64,000 bases of DNA, from positions 97,898,001 through 97,962,000 of the forward strand of contig OZ024744.1 in NCBI GenBank assembly GCA_964016885.1. Reading direction: 5' to 3'. Source of the stretch: Eledone cirrhosa. Taxonomy: Eukaryota. Below the pieces are notes generated by a model. That model was not told the origin of the DNA, searched no databases, and was given only the letters and a program-made list of their open reading frames with translations. Of this stretch, positions 52,095 through 64,000 are shown in pieces; within the stretch, counting starts at the first letter, position 1; the number at the start of each line of letters is the position of its first letter. The position numbers were made by a program, and so were the translations under genes.

Positions 52095-52374
52095 AACTAT
52101 AATCGCGCAAACACAAAGTTATAAAAATAAACGGTCACGGACATACATTCACACAAATACACATACTTTCACGCATATACATTTACACAAACACACATTC
52201 ACACATATACATTTACACAAACACACACACATACAGTCATGATAGCAGCGTTCGGTGAATTGGAAATGGGATGGTAATACAAGTATAATGTTTATTTATT
52301 AACAACACAGTTAAACTCTTCCTTTTAAACTCATTTGTATAAAAATTTACTATAAAGGTTACAGAACGAAAACA

Positions 52375-52990
52375 CTAACAAATATAATATATACAAAGAA
52401 ATGGGAAAGGAAGAAACGAAAGAGAAAAAAACACACAAGCGCGTAATACCCACATCTTAGACCACATCAACAAAAGGCAGGCGAAAGGGGTGGACAAACG
52501 AGACGCTACCAGAGCAAAAGATAACAATATAGCGAGGAGCACTGGGAAACCTCTAATAATTTTTGAGGCAAGCCAGCACGCTCGCAGCGTCACCTGGGAT
52601 GATGGCGAGGCTGAGGTGCTTGAACAACCAAGTGCCTTCACGAGCATCACCGGTTACTTTTGTTTGGCGAGCCACCGGTAAAGATAAGAACCTCGCTATC
52701 AGTCGCTCGACTCCCCCCAAACATCTCGAACGTCACAGGCTGATAGAACACGGTATTTTAGGGTTTTGTTCCGTTCAGCTGTGGATGCTGTAGCTCTCGC
52801 CCTTACCGCTGCATCCAGAATGTGAGAAGAAGCAAAAGAGTCAATAACTGTGAAGAAGCAAAAGAGTCAACACCTGCCTCTTGACCAGGAACACAGAGTA
52901 AGACCGTCAAGTCTTTTCCCATCAATTCTGGACAACCCAGGCGGTTCCAAAATTGAGGGATGTTTTCCCGGGCCAAAGCTCTTAAGTGGT
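52375..52990 (-). mobile_element. Decayed CRE-like non-LTR retrotransposon (family 2): endonuclease domain plus 3' UTR
   Basis: The minus strand reads [30 protein letters not shown] ... PVTFEMFG ... TGDAREGTWLFKHLSLAIIPGDAASVLA. Confidence 0.75.
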
Positions 52991-53152
52991 AATAGGTCAG
53001 TGTGTGTATGTGCGCGTGTGTGATTTTGTCGGCGTTCTTAAACTAGAGACGTGTGTGTCACTGTTTTTAAGTTAGAGACATATATGTGTGTATCCCTTTC
53101 CTTCCTTTTACATACATTGTGTGATAGACGGGTGGACAGAAGTCCCTCAAAT

Positions 53153-53797
53153 TTATATACATGTGAATGGAGTTCTACTGAAGCAGTTAGAGAAGTTCAA
53201 GTATCTTGGAGCCGTGTTCATGAGTGATGGAATGCAGGAGGCTGAATTAAGTGCAAGAATTGCAAAAGCTGATGCAGTAAAGCGCCAGCCTCAGCAATCA
53301 GATGAAGGGGGGGGGGGGGTAAAAGCCAAACTCGCTGTCTTCCTGGTATTCCTGCCAACTCTTACCGAGGATCATGAATCTTGAGTAATGACCAAAAGAA
53401 TACAATTGCAAATAAAAGCGGCAGAAATGAGAATCTTCCGAAGGGTCTTTGGAGTAACGTTACTCGATAAAGTGCATAACTCAGAGACCAGAGAGTCACT
53501 CCTGGTAGAGCCGTTACTTCTCTGAATTGGGAGATCACAACTCCGATATTATGAGCATGTGGTTAGAATGTCTCAGTAAAGGATTGCTGGACACATTTTA
53601 CAGGCAAAACCAACCGTCAAGAGATCCAGAGGTAGACCCTGAGCAAGATAGTTGGATAACATCCATGAGCTTGGCTGGTCTCGCTTTGGGATCCAGCTGG
53701 ATCAGTTAGAGATGTTTGCTACTGACAGACTTGCTGGAAGGAGTGTTTGAGAAGGACTCTGCCCCCACGATCCTCTCAGAAATAAGTGGGTGAAGAA
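53153..53797 (+). mobile_element. RTE-like LINE 3' fragment
   Basis: LKQLEKFKYLG...RIAKA, AAEMRIFRRVFGVTLLDKV, QLRYYEHVVRM and KRSRGRP; ends in gaagaaga. Confidence 0.8.
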
Positions 53798-53800
53798 GAT

Positions 53801-53897
53801 ATTGTCGATTTACTTTTCAATTTACATATATATATTTGCGTATAATACACACTACATATGCTATCAGTAAACCGTCCGCGGGCGGTTTTTCTGCTAG
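53801..53897 (+). mobile_element. Helitron-like 3' end (family of 41535-42239)
   Basis: Homologous to 42130-42239; aaaccgtcc-gc-gggcggttt hairpin then CTAG|T. Confidence 0.65.
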
Positions 53898-54109
53898 TAA
53901 TAATAATAATGTTTTTGTCTTTTTCGTGTTAAAATAAGTTCGTATTTAAGCTCATTTGATTGGAAGATATCATAAAGTCAGACCAAACGAAAAAAATGTA
54001 TTAACTCTTTGTGCTTGATAGTTTGAAGTAATAAAACTGAATATTATGTCTTTTGCCTAAGGTAAGAGCCAATCAATGGGACTCAATTTACAATATTGTA
54101 CGCATTATT

Positions 54110-56603
54110 AGTAATGCACTGGGTAATTGCTGGCCTTGTGCCTGCCTAAAGTAGAAACAATTATTATAGAAGGGCGGTGAATTGGCAGTATCGGTAGAGG
54201 GTCGGACGCCATGCTTTGCAGCACAGTTACGTCCCTTTGCGCTCTGAGTTCAAATCCCGCCGAGGTTTACTTTGCCTTTCATCCTTACGGAGGTCGATAA
54301 AATAAAGTACCAATCACGTACAGGGGTCGGTTTAATAAACTTTTTCCCACCCCAAAGATTGCTGGCCTTGCGCCTATTAGTAGAAACCATTATTAGAATA
54401 ACCTTGGGGGCTGTTGATTGGCAGTATCGGTAGAGGGTCGGGCAATGTTTCGAGACATTTTATTACTGTCCTTTACAGTATTTAGTCCAAATTCTGATTT
54501 CGTGATATTTTAAATAAAAGCCCCTGGAACGAAATGAAATTGCCACACTTCGTGTAATTTACATGTGTGTTAATTTGTCATTTAAGTAATTTGTCATTAA
54601 ATTTGTCATTGAATGCGCATGGCTTAGTGGTTAGAGCATTGGGCTTGCAATCGAAAGGTTGTGAGTTCGATTCTCGGACAAGGTGATGCGTTGTGTCCTT
54701 GAGCAAGACACTTTATTTCACGTTGCTCCAGTTTACTCAGCTGTAGAAATGAGTTGCGATCCTGCCAAATCAATGGTTGGCAGTAGTTCCAGCTGCACGC
54801 ATCGACAGACTGGTGTAGTGGTTCTGAGAACAATGTGGCTTTGCAGATAATCAATGCAAATTGACAATGGAAAGGCGCTCCCGCTTGAGTTAGAAGAGAA
54901 CTATTGACCTTCAGGAGAAGCAGCGACTTCTGATTGTATTCAGCAACCGAAACACATTTGAAGTACACCAAATCCAATGCTTTTAGGGACGGCCCTGGTT
55001 CTTCTCATTTGCGAGTATAAGCTCGGCCTGATTAGATTAATTTGTCATTATAAGCGTCTGATAGAATGCCTTGTGGTATTTGTTCTGACTTTCTGATTTC
55101 TGAGTTCAAATCCTGCCGAGGTCAATTTTTCCTTTCATCCTTTCGTGGTTGATAAAATAAAGTATCAGTTAAATACTAGGATCGATTTAATCAACTTTTC
55201 CCCTCTCCCCGCAAAATTACTGACTTTGTGTCAAAAGCAGAAAGAATTATTAGAATAACCTTTAGAGAATGGTAGATTGGGTGAATGGTTAGAGCGTCGG
55301 ATGAAACTCATTGTAGTATTTTGTTACGTCCCTCTACATTATGATTTCAAATCTCGCCGGGTTCAACTTTGCGTTTCATCTTTCATGGATCTATAAAAAC
55401 AATGTACCTGTTAATTACTGCAGTCGATATAATTGACTTTCACCCTCTCCCCAAATAAATTTTCTTTGTATTGTGCCTATGTTAGAAATCATTATTGGGG
55501 TAACCTTTTGTATTGTGCCTATGCTAGAAATCATTATTGAGGTAACCTTTTGTATTGTGCCTATGTTAGAAATCATTATTGGGGTAACCAATACAATACT
55601 TTATGTTACTAAAAAAATTGTAACCTAATTGACTTATGTAATTATCAATTAAAGATCTCTACAACACATGTATTCAAAGTGACGCAAGATGGTTGTTAAT
55701 AATTAACTTCTTCGATACTTTAAACTTATCTATTCTCAACGACGAACACATCCGATGTAAAGATACCGGACGTTCAAAATCTGCTAATGTCCTAATGTCC
55801 TAGTTTTTCTACTTTATTCACTAGCTGTCGTTATGACCTGACATCAGTATAGCTTTCTAATACCGTACACAATCCACCCCCATCAAAATGTTCAAATTAG
55901 AGCTTAGATATACTCTGGCACAGGCGGCGAATTGGCAGAGTCGTTAAAACGTCAAACAGAAAAGCTTTGCGTCGGATGAGTTCGTTCCGACTCTTTGCTC
56001 TCTGAGTTCAAATCGAGCCGAGGTTAATTTTGCCTTTTGTCTATTCGAGGTCGATAAAAAAAAAAAGTACCAGTCAAGTAGTGGGGGTCGATTCTTCCTC
56101 TGTATCTCTTTCTCACTTCCATTCTCCCACTATCACTATCTCAATCCTTCTCTAGAATAAATATTCTGTGTTCAGACCTGAAGACGAGATGGGCTCCGAC
56201 AAGTTTTCAAAATGGCCAAGAAACGCTGTTTGTTAATATGGATCCCCCTAACGACTGCCCCCAGGACTTACGGGACCATGCATGCATATGCCATGGACTA
56301 AAGTTTACTGAAACAAATATTAGAGTAACCTTTAGGGAGTAGTGGATTGGCAAAATGGATAAAGCGTCGGGTGACGTGTATTGCAGTATTTTGTTACTCA
56401 ACTTCTATCTACTAATATATAACTGTTTCTACTTTTGGTACAAGGCCAGCAATTATCCCAGTGCATTACTGGTACTTTATTTTATCGACCCCGTAAGGAT
56501 GAAAGTCAAAGTTAACCTCGGCGGGATTTGAACTCAGACCATAAAGGGACAAATTATGATCGAAAGCATGGCGTCCGACCCTCTACCGATATTGCCAATC
56601 CAC
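54110..56603. mobile_element. Cluster of young and old SINE A and B copies
   Basis: Copies at 54173-54392 (+), 54612-54757 (+, family B), 55050-55500 (old, +), 55922-56090 (+) and 56421-56603 (-). Confidence 0.7.
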
Positions 56604-57220
56604 CTACCTATTAACAATGCTCTTCTGTTTGTGTACGTCACGCAGAGGGAGGTAACTCATCTATGTTTCAGTAACCTGTGTTACTCATACATATAAATGT
56701 ATACACACACACACACACACACGTACTCACACACATATATGTGTGTGCATGTAATAATTATTTTCTCTGAGTCAGTTTATGTGCATGTTTGTGTAGATGT
56801 GTGTGTATGTAATAATTATTTTTAACCAGCGTTCTTAGATTGGTTACACATGTGCGAGTGTATGTGTGTGTGAGTGTATGTGTGAGTGAGTGTATGTGTG
56901 TGTGAGTGTATGTGTGTGTGAGTGTATCTGAGAGTGTATCTGTGTGAGAGTGTATGTGTGTGAGAGTGTATATGTAAGTGAGTGTACATGTGAGTGAGTG
57001 TATGTGTGTGTGAGTGGAGGTATGAGTCTGAGTGTATGTGTGTATGAGTTTTTATGTGTATGTGAGTGTATATCTGTGTGAGTGTATGCGTGTGTGTGTA
57101 TATGTGTATGTAAGTGTATATGTGTGAGTTTATATGCGTGAGAGTTATATGTGTGTGAGTGTATGTGTGTGTGTGTATATGTGCTGCGTGTATGTGTATG
57201 TAAGTGTATATGTGAGAGTA

Positions 57221-60200
57221 TATGTCAGTGTCAGTGTATGTCAGTGTATGTCTGTGTCAGTGTATACCTGTGTCAGTGTTTGTCAGTGTCACTGTATGTC
57301 TGTGTCAGTGTATGTCAGTGTCTGTCTATGTCTGTATCTGTGTATGTCTGTGTCAGTATATGTCAGTGTATGTCAGTGTCAGTGTATGTCAGTGTCAGTG
57401 TATGTCAGTGTCAGTGTATGTCAGTGTATGTCAGTGTCAGTATATGTCAGTGTCAGTGTATGTCTGTGTCAGTGTATGTATGTGTCAGTGTATGTCAGTA
57501 TCAGTGTATGTCAGTGTCAGTGTATGTCTGTGTCAGTGCATGTCAGTCTATGTCAGTGTCAGTGTATGTCAGTGTCAGTGTATGTCAGTGTCAGTGTATG
57601 TCAGTGTATGTCAGTGTATGTCTGTGTCAGTGTATGTCAGTGTCAGTGTATGTCTGTGTCAGTGTATCTCTGTGTCAGTGTATGTCTGTGTCAGTGTATG
57701 TCAGTGTCAGTGTATGTCAGTGTCAGTGTATGTCAGTGTCTGTCTATGTCTGTATCTGTGTATGTCTGTGTCAGTATATGTCAGTGTCAGTGTATGTCAG
57801 TGTCAGTGTATGTCAGTGTCAGTGTATGTCAGTGTCAGTGTATGTCAGTGTATGTCAGTGTATGTCAGTGTCAGTATATGTCAGTGTCAGTGTATGTCTG
57901 TGTCAGTGTATGTATGTGTCAGTGTATGTCAGTATCAGTGTATGTCAGTGTCAGTGTATGTCTGTGTCAGTGCATGTCAGTGTCAGTCTATGTCAGTGTC
58001 AGTGTATGTCAGTGTCAGTGTATGTCAGTGTCAGTGTATGTCAGTGTATGTCAGTGTATGTCTGTGTCAGTGTATGTCAGTGTCAGTGTATGTCTGTGTC
58101 AGTGTATCTCTGTGTCAGTGTATGTCTGTGTCAGTGTATGTCAGTGTCAGTGTATGTCAGTGTCAGTGTATGTCAGTGTCAGTGTATGTCTGTGTCAGTG
58201 CATGTCAGTGTCAGTGTATGTCAGTGTATGTCAGTGTCAGTGTATGTCAGTGTCAGTGTATGTCAGTGTCAGTGTATGTCTGTGTCAGTGCATGTCAGTG
58301 TCAGTGTATGTCCGTGTATGTCAGTATCAGTGTATGTCTGTGTCAGTGTATGTCTGTGTCAGTGTATGTCTGTGTCAGTGTATGTCAGTGTCAGTGTATA
58401 TCTGTGTCAGTGTATGTCAGTGTCAGTGTATGTCTGTGTCAGTGTATGTCTGTGTCAGTGTATGTCTATGTCAGTGTATGTCAGTGTCACTGTATGTCTG
58501 TGTCAGTGTATGTCTGTGTCAGTTTATGTCAGTGTCAGTGTATGTCAGTGGCAGTGTACGTCAGTGTCAGTGTATGTAAGTGTCAGTGTATGTCTGTGTC
58601 AGTGTATGTCAGTGTCAGTGTATGTCAGTGTATGTCAGTGTCAGTGTATGTCAGTGTCAGTGTATGTCTGTGTCAGTGTATGTCAGTGTCAGTGTATGTC
58701 AGTGTCAGTGTATGTCTGTGTCAGTGTATGTCAGTGTACGTCAGTGTCAGTGTATGTCTGTGTCAGTGTATGTCAGTGTCAGTGTATGTCTGTGTCAGTG
58801 TATGTCAGTGTCAGTGTATGTCAGTGTCACTGTATGTCTGTGTCAGTGTATGTCTGTGTCAGTTTATGTCAGTGTCAGTGTATGTCAGTGGCAGTGTATG
58901 TCTGTGTCAGCGTATGTCTGTGTCAGTGTATGTCAGTGTCAGTGTATGTCAGTGTCAGTGTATGTCTGTGTCAGTGTATGTCAGTGTACGTCAGTGTCAG
59001 TGTAAGTCAGTGTCAGTGTATGCCTGTGTCAGTGTATGTCAGTGTCAGTGTATGTCTGTGTCAGTGTATGTCAGTGTCAGTGTATGTCTGTATCTGTATA
59101 TGTCAGTGTCAGCGTATGTCAGTGTCAGTCTATGTCTGTGTCAGTGTATGTCTGTGTCAGTGTATGTCTGTGACAATGTATGTCATTGTCAGTGTATGCC
59201 AGTGTCACTGTATGTCTGTGTCAGTGTATGTCTGTGTATGACAGTGTCAGTGTATGTCAGTGTCAGTGTATGTCAGTGTCAGTGTATGTCTGTGTCAGTG
59301 TATGTCAGTGTCAGTGTATCTCTGTGTCAGTGTATGTCAGTGTCAGTGTATGTCTGTGTCAGTGTATGTCTGTATCTGTGTATGTCTGTGTCAGTATATG
59401 TCAGTGTCAGTGTATGTCTGTGTCAGTGTATGTCAGTGTCAGTGTATGTCAGTGTCAGTGTATGTCAGTGTATGTCTGTGTCAGTGTATGTCAGTGTCAG
59501 TGTATATCAATGTCAGTGAATGTCTGTGTCAGTGTATGCTGTGTCAGTGCATGACAGTGGCAGTGTATGTCTGAGTCAGTGTATGTCTGTGTCAGTCTAT
59601 GTCTATGTCAGTGTATGTCAGTGTCAGTGTGTGTCAGTGTATGGCAGTGTCAGTGTATGTCTGTGTCAGTGTATGTCAGTGTCAGTGTATGTCAGTGTCA
59701 GTGTATGTCTGTGTCAGTGTATGTCAGTGTCAGTGTATGTTAGTGTCAATGTATGTGTCAGTGTCAGTGTATGTCAGTCTCAGTATATGTCTGTGTCAGT
59801 GTATGTCAGTGTCAGTGTATGTCTATATCAGTGTATGTCAGTGTATGTCAGTGTATGTCAGTGTCAGTGTATGTCAATGTCAGTGTATGTCAGTGTATGT
59901 CTGTGTCAGTGTATATCAGTGTCAGTGTATGTCAGAGTCAGTGTATGTCTGTGTCAGTTTATGTCTGTCTCAGTGTATGTCTATATCAGTGTATGTCAGT
60001 GTCTGTGTATGTCTGTGTCAGTGTATGTCAGTGTCAGTGTATGTCAGTGTCAGTGTATGTCTGTGTCAGTGTATGTCTGTGTATGACAGTGTCAGTGTAT
60101 GTCAGTGTCAGTGTATGTCAGTGTCAGTGTATGTCTGTGTCAGTGTATGTCAGTGTCAGTGTATGTCTGTGTCAGTGTATGTCAGTGTCAGTGTATGTCA

Positions 60201-63200
60201 GTGTCAGTGTATGTCTGTGTCAGTGTATGTCAGTGTATGTCTGTGTCAGTGTATACCTGTGTCAGTGTTTGTCAGTGTCACTGTATGTCTGTGTCAGTGT
60301 ATGTCAGTGTCTGTCTATGTCTGTATCTGTGTATGTCTGTGTCAGTATATGTCAGTGTATGTCAGTGTCAGTGTATGTCAGTGTCAGTGTATGTCAGTGT
60401 CAGTGTATGTCAGTGTATGTCAGTGTCAGTATATGTCAGTGTCAGTGTATGTCTGTGTCAGTGTATGTATGTGTCAGTGTATGTCAGTATCAGTGTATGT
60501 CAGTGTCAGTGTATGTCTGTGTCAGTGCATGTCAGTCTATGTCAGTGTCAGTGTATGTCAGTGTCAGTGTATGTCAGTGTATGTCAGTGTATGTCTGTGT
60601 CAGTGTATGTCAGTGTCAGTGTATGTCTGTGTCAGTGTATCTCTGTGTCAGTGTATGTCTGTGTCAGTGTATGTCAGTGTCAGTGTATGTCAGTGTCAGT
60701 GTATGTCAGTGTCTGTCTATGTCTGTATCTGTGTATGTCTGTGTCAGTATATGTCAGTGTCAGTGTATGTCAGTGTCAGTGTATGTCAGTGTCAGTGTAT
60801 GTCAGTGTCAGTGTATGTCAGTGTATGTCAGTGTATGTCAGTGTCAGTATATGTCAGTGTCAGTGTATGTCTGTGTCAGTGTATGTATGTGTCAGTGTAT
60901 GTCAGTATCAGTGTATGTCAGTGTCAGTGTATGTCTGTGTCAGTGCATGTCAGTGTCAGTCTATGTCAGTGTCAGTGTATGTCAGTGTCAGTGTATGTCA
61001 GTGTCAGTGTATGTCAGTGTATGTCAGTGTATGTCTGTGTCAGTGTATGTCAGTGTCAGTGTATGTCTGTGTCAGTGTATCTCTGTGTCAGTGTATGTCT
61101 GTGTCAGTGTATGTCAGTGTCAGTGTATGTCAGTGTCAGTGTATGTCAGTGTCAGTGTATGTCTGTGTCAGTGCATGTCAGTGTCAGTGTATGTCAGTGT
61201 ATGTCAGTGTCAGTGTATGTCAGTGTCAGTGTATGTCAGTGTCAGTGTATGTCTGTGTCAGTGCATGTCAGTGTCAGTGTATGTCCGTGTATGTCAGTAT
61301 CAGTGTATGTCTGTGTCAGTGTATGTCTGTGTCAGTGTATGTCTGTGTCAGTGTATGTCAGTGTCAGTGTATATCTGTGTCAGTGTATGTCAGTGTCAGT
61401 GTATGTCTGTGTCAGTGTATGTCTGTGTCAGTGTATGTCTATGTCAGTGTATGTCAGTGTCACTGTATGTCTGTGTCAGTGTATGTCTGTGTCAGTTTAT
61501 GTCAGTGTCAGTGTATGTCAGTGGCAGTGTACGTCAGTGTCAGTGTATGTAAGTGTCAGTGTATGTCTGTGTCAGTGTATGTCAGTGTCAGTGTATGTCA
61601 GTGTATGTCAGTGTCAGTGTATGTCAGTGTCAGTGTATGTCTGTGTCAGTGTATGTCAGTGTCAGTGTATGTCAGTGTCAGTGTATGTCTGTGTCAGTGT
61701 ATGTCAGTGTACGTCAGTGTCAGTGTATGTCTGTGTCAGTGTATGTCAGTGTCAGTGTATGTCTGTGTCAGTGTATGTCAGTGTCAGTGTATGTCAGTGT
61801 CACTGTATGTCTGTGTCAGTGTATGTCTGTGTCAGTTTATGTCAGTGTCAGTGTATGTCAGTGGCAGTGTATGTCTGTGTCAGCGTATGTCTGTGTCAGT
61901 GTATGTCAGTGTCAGTGTATGTCAGTGTCAGTGTATGTCTGTGTCAGTGTATGTCAGTGTACGTCAGTGTCAGTGTAAGTCAGTGTCAGTGTATGCCTGT
62001 GTCAGTGTATGTCAGTGTCAGTGTATGTCTGTGTCAGTGTATGTCAGTGTCAGTGTATGTCTGTATCTGTATATGTCAGTGTCAGCGTATGTCAGTGTCA
62101 GTCTATGTCTGTGTCAGTGTATGTCTGTGTCAGTGTATGTCTGTGACAATGTATGTCATTGTCAGTGTATGCCAGTGTCACTGTATGTCTGTGTCAGTGT
62201 ATGTCTGTGTATGACAGTGTCAGTGTATGTCAGTGTCAGTGTATGTCAGTGTCAGTGTATGTCTGTGTCAGTGTATGTCAGTGTCAGTGTATTTCTGTGT
62301 CAGTGTATGTCAGTGTCAGTGTATGTCTGTGTCAGTGTATGTCTGTATCTGTGTATGTCTGTGTCAGTATATGTCAGTGTCAGTGTATGTCTGTGTCAGT
62401 GTATGTCAGTGTCAGTGTATGTCAGTGTCAGTGTATGTCAGTGTATGTCTGTGTCAGTGTATGTCAGTGTCAGTGTATATCAATGTCAGTGAATGTCTGT
62501 GTCAGTGTATGCTGTGTCAGTGCATGACAGTGGCAGTGTATGTCTGAGTCAGTGTATGTCTGTGTCAGTCTATGTCTATGTCAGTGTATGTCAGTGTCAG
62601 TGTGTGTCAGTGTATGGCAGTGTCAGTGTATGTCTGTGTCAGTGTATGTCAGTGTCAGTGTATGTCAGTGTCAGTGTATGTCTGTGTCAGTGTATGTCAG
62701 TGTCAGTGTATGTTAGTGTCAATGTATGTGTCAGTGTCAGTGTATGTCAGTCTCAGTATATGTCTGTGTCAGTGTATGTCAGTGTCAGTGTATGTCTATA
62801 TCAGTGTATGTCAGTGTATGTCAGTGTATGTCAGTGTCAGTGTATGTCAATGTCAGTGTATGTCAGTGTATGTCTGTGTCAGTGTATATCAGTGTCAGTG
62901 TATGTCAGAGTCAGTGTATGTCTGTGTCAGTTTATGTCTGTCTCAGTGTATGTCTATATCAGTGTATGTCAGTGTCTGTGTATGTCTGTGTCAGTGTATG
63001 TCAGTGTCAGTGTATGTCAGTGTCAGTGTATGTCTGTGTCAGTGTATGTCAGTGTCAGTGTATGTCTATGTCAGTGTATGTCAGTGTCAGTGTATGTCTG
63101 TGTCAGTGTATGTCTGTCTCGGTGTATGTCTGTGTCAGTGTATGTCAGTGTAAGTGTATGTCTGTCTCAGTGTATGTCTGTGTCAGTGTATGTCTGTGTC

Positions 63201-64000
63201 AGTTTTTATCTGTGTCAGTGTATGTCTGTGTCAGGTAACGTCAGTGTCAGTGTATGTCTGTGTCAGTGTATGTCTGTTTCTGTGTATGTCTGTGTCAGTG
63301 TATGTCAGTGTCAGTGTATGTCAGTGTCAGTGTATGTCTGTGTCATTGTATGTCAGTGTCAGTGTATGTATGTGTCAGTGTATGTCTGTGGCAGTGTCAG
63401 TGTCAGTGTATGTCTGTGTCAGTATATATCAGTGTCAGAGTATGTCTGTGTCTGTGACTGTCAATGTATGTCTGTGTCAGTGTATGTCTGTGTCAGTGTA
63501 TGTCAGTGTCAGTGTATGTCTATGTCAGTGTATGTCAGTGTCAGTGTATGTCTGTGTCAGTGTATGTCTGTCTCAGTGTATGTCTGTGTCAGTGTATGTC
63601 AGTGTAAGTGTATGTCTGTCTCAGTGTATGTCTGTGTCAGTGTATGTCTGTGTCAGTTTTTATCTGTGTCAGTGTATGTCTGTGTCAGGTAACGTCAGTG
63701 TCAGTGTATGTCTGTGTCAGTGTATGTCTGTGTCTGTGTATGTCTGTGTCAGTGTATGTCAGTGTCAGTGTATGTCAGTGTCAGTGTATGTCTGTGTCAT
63801 TGTATGTCAGTGTCAGTGTATGTATGTGTCAGTGTATGTCTGTGGCAGTGTCAGTGTCAGTGTATGTCTGTGTCAGTATATATCAGTGTCAGAGTATGTC
63901 TGTGTCTGTGACTGTCAATGTATGTCTGTGTCAGTGTATGTCTGTGTCAGTGTATGTCAGTATCAGTGTGTGTGTCAGTGTCAGTGTATATCAGTGTCAG
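57221..64000. repeat. Satellite of TGTCAG/TGTCTG/TGTA units with a ~2973-bp higher-order repeat
   Basis: Identical or near-identical ORF pairs at 58580/61553, 59180/62153 and 59254/62227 are all offset by 2973 bp. A 454-bp duplication lies at 63254/63708. Confidence 0.92.

Noticed and set aside
57134-63911. Long C/V/S/M/Q-rich ORFs of up to 871 aa
   Set aside because: All three frames are open because of the satellite composition; there is no coding signal.

Overview
AT-rich, repeat-saturated animal genomic DNA. The SINE, microsatellite and Penelope content resembles octopus/cephalopod DNA, but that is an inference. No host protein-coding gene can be called with confidence, and most ORFs in the track are microsatellite artefacts. 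The main content is Penelope-like retroelements (PLEs) of the Naiad type (RT plus C-terminal GIY-YIG) sitting in (AT)n tracts. One young copy has ~3.5-kb near-identical inverted pseudo-LTRs (pLTRs), each carrying a hammerhead ribozyme (HHR) with a ~116-nt stem II. There are nine HHR-like motifs from about seven families, plus two fold-back half-hammerhead mini-elements. A covarying RCTC...TTGAGY hairpin recurs downstream of the HHR or just upstream of the PLE start codon. Also present are R4/Dong-like, CRE-like and RTE-like non-LTR fragments, a decayed IR-DR Tc1 element, Helitron-like termini, pogo/hAT/piggyBac-like MITEs, many tRNA-derived SINEs, and a 6.8-kb TGTCAG/TGTA satellite with a ~2.97-kb higher-order repeat.
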